From positions 1 to 39,211 of the IMG/VR virus record IMGVR_UViG_3300048576_000605: a stretch of 39,211 nt of DNA. One strand, given 5' to 3'. The notes below the pieces were generated by a model, which saw only the letters and a list, made by a program, of their open reading frames with translations, did not search any database and was not told where the DNA came from. Made by a program: the position numbers and the translations under genes. The stretch comes from a virus (taxonomy: Duplodnaviria > Caudoviricetes). Positions 34,993 to 39,211 of the stretch are shown one piece after another (within the stretch, counting starts at the first letter, position 1; each line of letters starts with the position of its first letter).

Positions 34993-36005
34993 GCGCACCG
35001 GTGATCCTGCCGTTCCCCCCATTCCCGAGCCGTATCAACCCCAACTCGACCTGGGAGGAGACGCTGGCGCAGTGGTGGGCGGATTTCACGGCGGCCCTGG
35101 AGAGCGTCAACGACTATTTCCAGTGGGTGGCGGCGAACGTGGTCACGTTGCCGTGCGAATGCGTCCTGGCGATCAACGGCGGGAACCTGGTGCTGTCCCG
35201 CCGCAACGGCTACCGGGCCATCCTCAACAACGCGGTCCAGGAGATCCCTGTCGCCGGGGTCTCTCTGGCCCCGGCCGGCCTGGAAGCGGGAGACTATTAC
35301 ATCTATCTCGCCATGTCGGGCGGCGCCATGGGCCTGGAGGCCTCGGCCACGGGGTATGTCCAGGACCCGCGCAACGGCGTGTGTGTCCGGTCCGATGATG
35401 CGTCCCGGACACTGGTCGGCATGGCCAGGGTGGATGCCGCCTCCGCCTGGACGTATCATTCCGAGCGACCCGATTCCGTGTCATGGTATAATGTCCCGGC
35501 CGCCATTGGTGCGGCCCCTGCCATCCACGCCGCGCAGCATGCCCCCGGGGGCCCTGACCCGCTGGCGCTGGTTCCCACGGGCTGGGTTGGCTATTTCGCT
35601 GCCACCACGCCGCCGGCGGGGTTTCTTGAGTGCAACGGGGCGGCCATCTCCCGCACCACCTATGGGGGGCTGTTCGCGGTCATTGGCACGACGTTCGGCG
35701 TCGGCGACGGGGTGACCACCTACAACATCCCAGAACTCCGGGCGGAGTTTATTCGGGGCTGGGACCGCACCCGAGGCGTGGATGCGGGGCGCGCGTTCGG
35801 ATCTTCTCAGGAGGACGCATTCGAACAGCACGTCCACGCCTCCAATACGTTCTGCTATAACACACCTGGGTCTCAGGCGGTAAACAATTTGTACTATGGC
35901 ACGGGGGCGTCCCAGGGGACCTTTAATACAGGCGGCGCGACGTCTGGCAGCGGCACAGAAACACGCCCCCGCAACGTCGCCCTTCTTCCGTGTATCAAAT
36001 ACTAA
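34989..36005 (+). CDS. Tail fibre protein with tail-collar domain
   Basis: 'PPAGFLECNGAAISRTTYGGLFAVIGTTFG.GDG.TTYNIPELRAEFIRGWD', 'ETRPRNVALLPCIKY'. Confidence 0.9.
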   Translation: MSAPVILPFPPFPSRINPNSTWEETLAQWWADFTAALESVNDYFQWVAANVVTLPCECVLAINGGNLVLSRRNGYRAILNNAVQEIPVAGVSLAPAGLEAGDYYIYLAMSGGAMGLEASATGYVQDPRNGVCVRSDDASRTLVGMARVDAASAWTYHSERPDSVSWYNVPAAIGAAPAIHAAQHAPGGPDPLALVPTGWVGYFAATTPPAGFLECNGAAISRTTYGGLFAVIGTTFGVGDGVTTYNIPELRAEFIRGWDRTRGVDAGRAFGSSQEDAFEQHVHASNTFCYNTPGSQAVNNLYYGTGASQGTFNTGGATSGSGTETRPRNVALLPCIKY

Positions 36006-36025
36006 GCTGCTTTTCAGAGGTTAAT

Positions 36026-36757
36026 ATGGATGGGATGACCGTGTACCAGACAAATGCCGCCGGAGTGTATGTTGGAGAAGCGCTCGCCCGGGAATCGCCG
36101 CTGGAGCCCGGCGTCTATCTCATCCCGGCCCGGGCCGTGACCGTGGCGCCCCCTGCCGTCCCCGAGGGGCATGCCGTTGTATGGGACGAGGCCGCCGGAG
36201 CCTGGTCCCTGGTGGAGGATCACCGGGGCCGGACGATCTACGCCACGGCCACGGCCGAGGCGATGACCATGGTCGCCCTGGGCCCGATACCGGCCGGGTA
36301 CACCGATCAGGTGCCGCCGGCGCATCCGATCTGGGTCAATGGGGCCTGGTCGGTCGATCTCGCGGCGGTCATTGCCGCCCGGCGCGAGATCGTACAGGCC
36401 GAGAAATTCCGCGTCCGGGATGCGGGATTTCTGGTGGATGGCGTGCTGTTCGACAGCGACCAGGGGGCCCGGCTGGCCTATCTCGAATTTGCCATGGAAC
36501 TGGCCTCGGACCCCTCTTATTCAAACCCGCATTGGAAAGCCTCGCCAGGGATCTGGGTCACGATGAATGCCGAGCTTTTTGCCTCAGTCAGGTCTGCCGG
36601 CGAGGCGCACATGACCGCCGCCTTCGACTGGCAGGCCGCCCGGGACGCCGAGCTGGCCGCGATCCAGGCGGCGGTGGCCGCCGGCACGATGACCAACGAC
36701 GCCGCGTTGACTGCCATTGAGGCAGTTTCGACAACCTACGAGGGGGGGGAAATATGA
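36026..36757 (+). CDS. Tail fibre assembly protein (Tfa-like, DUF4376-like C-terminus)
   Basis: 'ESPLEPGVYLIPA', 'WSLVEDHRGRTIY', 'GVLFDSD'. Confidence 0.82.
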   Translation: MDGMTVYQTNAAGVYVGEALARESPLEPGVYLIPARAVTVAPPAVPEGHAVVWDEAAGAWSLVEDHRGRTIYATATAEAMTMVALGPIPAGYTDQVPPAHPIWVNGAWSVDLAAVIAARREIVQAEKFRVRDAGFLVDGVLFDSDQGARLAYLEFAMELASDPSYSNPHWKASPGIWVTMNAELFASVRSAGEAHMTAAFDWQAARDAELAAIQAAVAAGTMTNDAALTAIEAVSTTYEGGEI

Positions 36758-37068
36758 ACGCCAAGTTGTTACCCGTGGACCGGAACGGCAACCCCATCCA
36801 AGCCGGGTCGGTGATCAACGTGTGTGCCGTGGACATCACGTCGGCCGCCTATACCGCCGTGGCCGTCCCGGCCGGGCTCGGGTGCAAGGCGTTCATCGCC
36901 AAATCCCGGGCGGGCAATACCTGGTATTGCGCCGATTCGGCCGCACCAACCGCGTACATGACCCTCGACACCCCCCTGGCCTGCAATTGCGTCGGATTCG
37001 AGGGCCAGGTGCTGTTTTACGCCAAGGGCTCGGCGGCAGACACCCTTGAAATCCTGCTGCTTAACTAA
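36754..37068 (+). CDS. Hypothetical virion-associated protein
   Basis: ATGA coupling, G-rich RBS, beta-rich 104 aa. Confidence 0.65.
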   Translation: MNAKLLPVDRNGNPIQAGSVINVCAVDITSAAYTAVAVPAGLGCKAFIAKSRAGNTWYCADSAAPTAYMTLDTPLACNCVGFEGQVLFYAKGSAADTLEILLLN

Positions 37069-37082
37069 ATGATTGGTGGGTT

Positions 37083-39047
37083 ATGGCCATCCTCATCAAG
37101 GATTCGTTCACTGCCGCGACCGCCACGACATTAGCCGGCCGCATCGCAGACAACGGAGCGACGTGGGTCAAGCATCCCGCATATAGCAACTTGGGGTCGG
37201 TCTACTGGAATAGGGCTACAGCCGTTGGTGGTGGCGGCATCGGTTACCCGTCGGTAGCTCCCTCCGGGACAGACTACAGCGCGGAATCCGATTTCGTGGT
37301 GTGTACAGCGTCAGGATCGCCACGGATCGGTGTACGTCTCGACCCTGCTGCGTTTACTGGATACTTCGCAGAGTGGGCCGGCGCTACCGGTATATGGTCG
37401 ATCAAAAGGTACATTGCCGGATCGGCCACTGTCGGAGCAACGTTTACCAGGGCGGCGATCCCTGGGGCTACTGTCCATGCTAAATTGACAGTAGCTGGTG
37501 GTGGAACGACAGTAACGGTCACGCTTTGTCTTGATGGTGTCCAAGTAGTACAGTGGCTGGACACCAGTGCGAGTCGGATTGTTTCGGCGGGGTACCCCTG
37601 TATCATGCCGGGTGCGGGGACGTACCTGACGGATATTCAACTCGATAATTTTCTAGCAAAAGATATCAGCTCGCCTGATTCCATCGAACTCACCGACTAT
37701 AATTTTGATTATCAAGTCATACAACGTGACTCATCGTCTAGTGCGTCTGGTTTGTTTATCCGAGGTACGTATGAGGGCTCGCCGACAGGAATCGAAGCGC
37801 AAATCATAAACTCCTCGGATAGTTCTGTTGTAAAAGATTGGACTCCGTTGTCTTCGCCTACGATTGCAAACGGGTTTTATACTGGGACTCTCCAGGCCGT
37901 GGCTAATGGTGGGTGGTATAAAATCAATGTAAGATTTTCAAACAACACATCAGTATATTCCAATGGATTAAAGAATTTTGGAATTGGTATAATCATTGGA
38001 ATTACTGGACAGAGTAATGCAAGTAATTATTTTGATGTTGTAGGAGGCACGGCAAGCCCACTGTTAAGAGGATTCGATAACACTGGCGTTATTTCGGTAA
38101 CCGGAAACGGTGCAAGTTCTCTCGGTAACAAATTGATTTCAGAGCTTGGTATTCCTGTGCTCCTCCTGCGCAATGCCGTTTCTGGGACGGCGCTACTTGC
38201 GGCTGGGGGGTGGTTGGATACTGGAACATCAAGTTTGGCGAACAAATACTACCAAGCAATACTTGCCATTGGCGGGAGAATTGAATGCACATTTTGGAGC
38301 CAGGGCGAGACCGAGGCCAAAGTGACCCCTACAGTCTCCACGGCTGACTACTATACAGGTCTTTCTACTCTGTTTGGACGATTCCGGACATATGCAAACG
38401 ATGCTGCCCATCCCATTCATATCCAGCCACTGGGTGTGGATACGGAAGCGGGCTTGGATAATGTAAAATGGGAAAACATCCGCCTGGCTCAAATCCAGGC
38501 TCTATCCGACCCCAATAATTACTTTGCTTGTTGTGGTTGGGATTTGCCGATGAATGGCGTCCACTATCAAACTGCGAGCTATGCCACTATTGCAAACAGG
38601 CTTGCATTAGCAATACTTCGTCGTCTTGGGGTAAAATCCTATGGATATGGCCCGCGAATCTCCAGCGGGCTCAAAGTATCTGATACGATATATGACATTA
38701 TTCTGACACATGATGGCGGAACGGACTTCACTCCGACAACGGGGATCACTGGATTTTCAGTATTTGATGGCACTACGCCTGTTTCGGTTTTATCCGCCGT
38801 TCGCATTGCCGCGAACACTATCCGGCTCACATTGGCAAGCGCCGTAACAACTCCAACAGTCTATTATATGTACGGATATCTACCGGCGGTTTCGGGTGGG
38901 GTTCATGACAATACCCCGGACGCGCTTCCTCTGTGTCCGTCAGGCGTCATCCAGATACTGGTCAAGCATAGTTCCAAGGGCCACCATGCCCCGGCGATGA
39001 TCGGTAGATCAACCCAAATGCCGCAGTCGTTTGCGACGATACAGTAG
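37083..39047 (+). CDS. Multi-domain protein with SGNH/sialate O-acetylesterase (SASA-like) domain
   Basis: 'GQSNA', 'WSQGETE', 'NGVHY' blocks; lectin-like beta N-terminus; lower GC than the phage backbone. Confidence 0.78.
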   Translation: MAILIKDSFTAATATTLAGRIADNGATWVKHPAYSNLGSVYWNRATAVGGGGIGYPSVAPSGTDYSAESDFVVCTASGSPRIGVRLDPAAFTGYFAEWAGATGIWSIKRYIAGSATVGATFTRAAIPGATVHAKLTVAGGGTTVTVTLCLDGVQVVQWLDTSASRIVSAGYPCIMPGAGTYLTDIQLDNFLAKDISSPDSIELTDYNFDYQVIQRDSSSSASGLFIRGTYEGSPTGIEAQIINSSDSSVVKDWTPLSSPTIANGFYTGTLQAVANGGWYKINVRFSNNTSVYSNGLKNFGIGIIIGITGQSNASNYFDVVGGTASPLLRGFDNTGVISVTGNGASSLGNKLISELGIPVLLLRNAVSGTALLAAGGWLDTGTSSLANKYYQAILAIGGRIECTFWSQGETEAKVTPTVSTADYYTGLSTLFGRFRTYANDAAHPIHIQPLGVDTEAGLDNVKWENIRLAQIQALSDPNNYFACCGWDLPMNGVHYQTASYATIANRLALAILRRLGVKSYGYGPRISSGLKVSDTIYDIILTHDGGTDFTPTTGITGFSVFDGTTPVSVLSAVRIAANTIRLTLASAVTTPTVYYMYGYLPAVSGGVHDNTPDALPLCPSGVIQILVKHSSKGHHAPAMIGRSTQMPQSFATIQ

Positions 39048-39055
39048 GTAGTAAT

Positions 39056-39211
39056 ATGGATCAGCTCACAGACGAGCAACGCCGGACCCGAGGCCTCCTG
39101 GCCATGATGATCGCCCAGCTCCGCCGAGCCTGGGAGCGGGAGGACTGGCGAGAGAAGTCATTTGACCAGATCGAGCTGGCGGCCAAGTCGGCGACGCGGC
39201 GAGCGGTTTAA
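39056..39211 (+). CDS. 51-aa hypothetical protein MDQLTDEQRRTRGLLAMMIAQLRRAW...
   Basis: Open frame ending exactly at the window end; phage-like codon usage. Confidence 0.5.
   Translation: MDQLTDEQRRTRGLLAMMIAQLRRAWEREDWREKSFDQIELAAKSATRRAV

Larger units (their letters stand above)
1..39211. mobile_element. Mu-like transposable prophage with siphovirus-type tail (ends lie outside the window)
   Basis: Canonical Mu order: repressor / ner / A / B / gam / gemA / mor, lysis, gp25-30, I, T, gp35-37, tail. No tail sheath gene. Confidence 0.96.

Noticed and set aside
34989-39211. Host-range switching system (invertible segment/invertase or diversity-generating retroelement) and mom-type modification gene
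   Set aside because: No invertase, reverse transcriptase, duplicated fibre segment, flanking inverted repeats or methylase/mom motif seen within the window
1-39211. CRISPR array, rRNA/tRNA genes, Mu TG...CA termini
   Set aside because: No regularly spaced repeats or RNA-gene signatures found by eye; the window starts and ends at stop codons, so prophage ends cannot be assessed

Overview
The whole window is the coding span of a GC-rich Mu-like (transposable) prophage with a non-contractile, siphovirus-type tail. It starts at the repressor stop codon and ends at the stop of a last small ORF, so the TG...CA ends are not visible. Gene order: CI-type repressor (minus strand), Ner-like HTH, intact DDE transposase A, AAA ATPase B, Gam, GemA, Mor/C-like activator, lysis cassette, terminase, portal, MuF, protease/scaffold, capsid T, connectors, tail tube, frameshifted tail chaperone, 2293-aa tape measure, tail tip/fibre genes and an SGNH acetylesterase-domain protein. 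Features not explained by the ordinary gene list: (1) a complete type II hammerhead ribozyme in the early operon (7455-7517); (2) a MuF protein with a C-terminal BECR-like nuclease extension that is followed not by an immunity ORF but by an ~90-nt cloverleaf-like structured element with a candidate antisense promoter; (3) a self-contained promoter-to-terminator cassette with a 24-aa peptide, a second Ner and a catalytically truncated, heterologous MuA DNA-binding fragment (10463-12028); (4) a 16-bp palindrome shared by the lysis and head operon leaders; (5) two antisense micro-genes that each start under a long hairpin; (6) four copies of a 12-bp operator-like motif, three inside the repressor coding sequence. 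All product calls come from motif recognition and synteny, not database searches.
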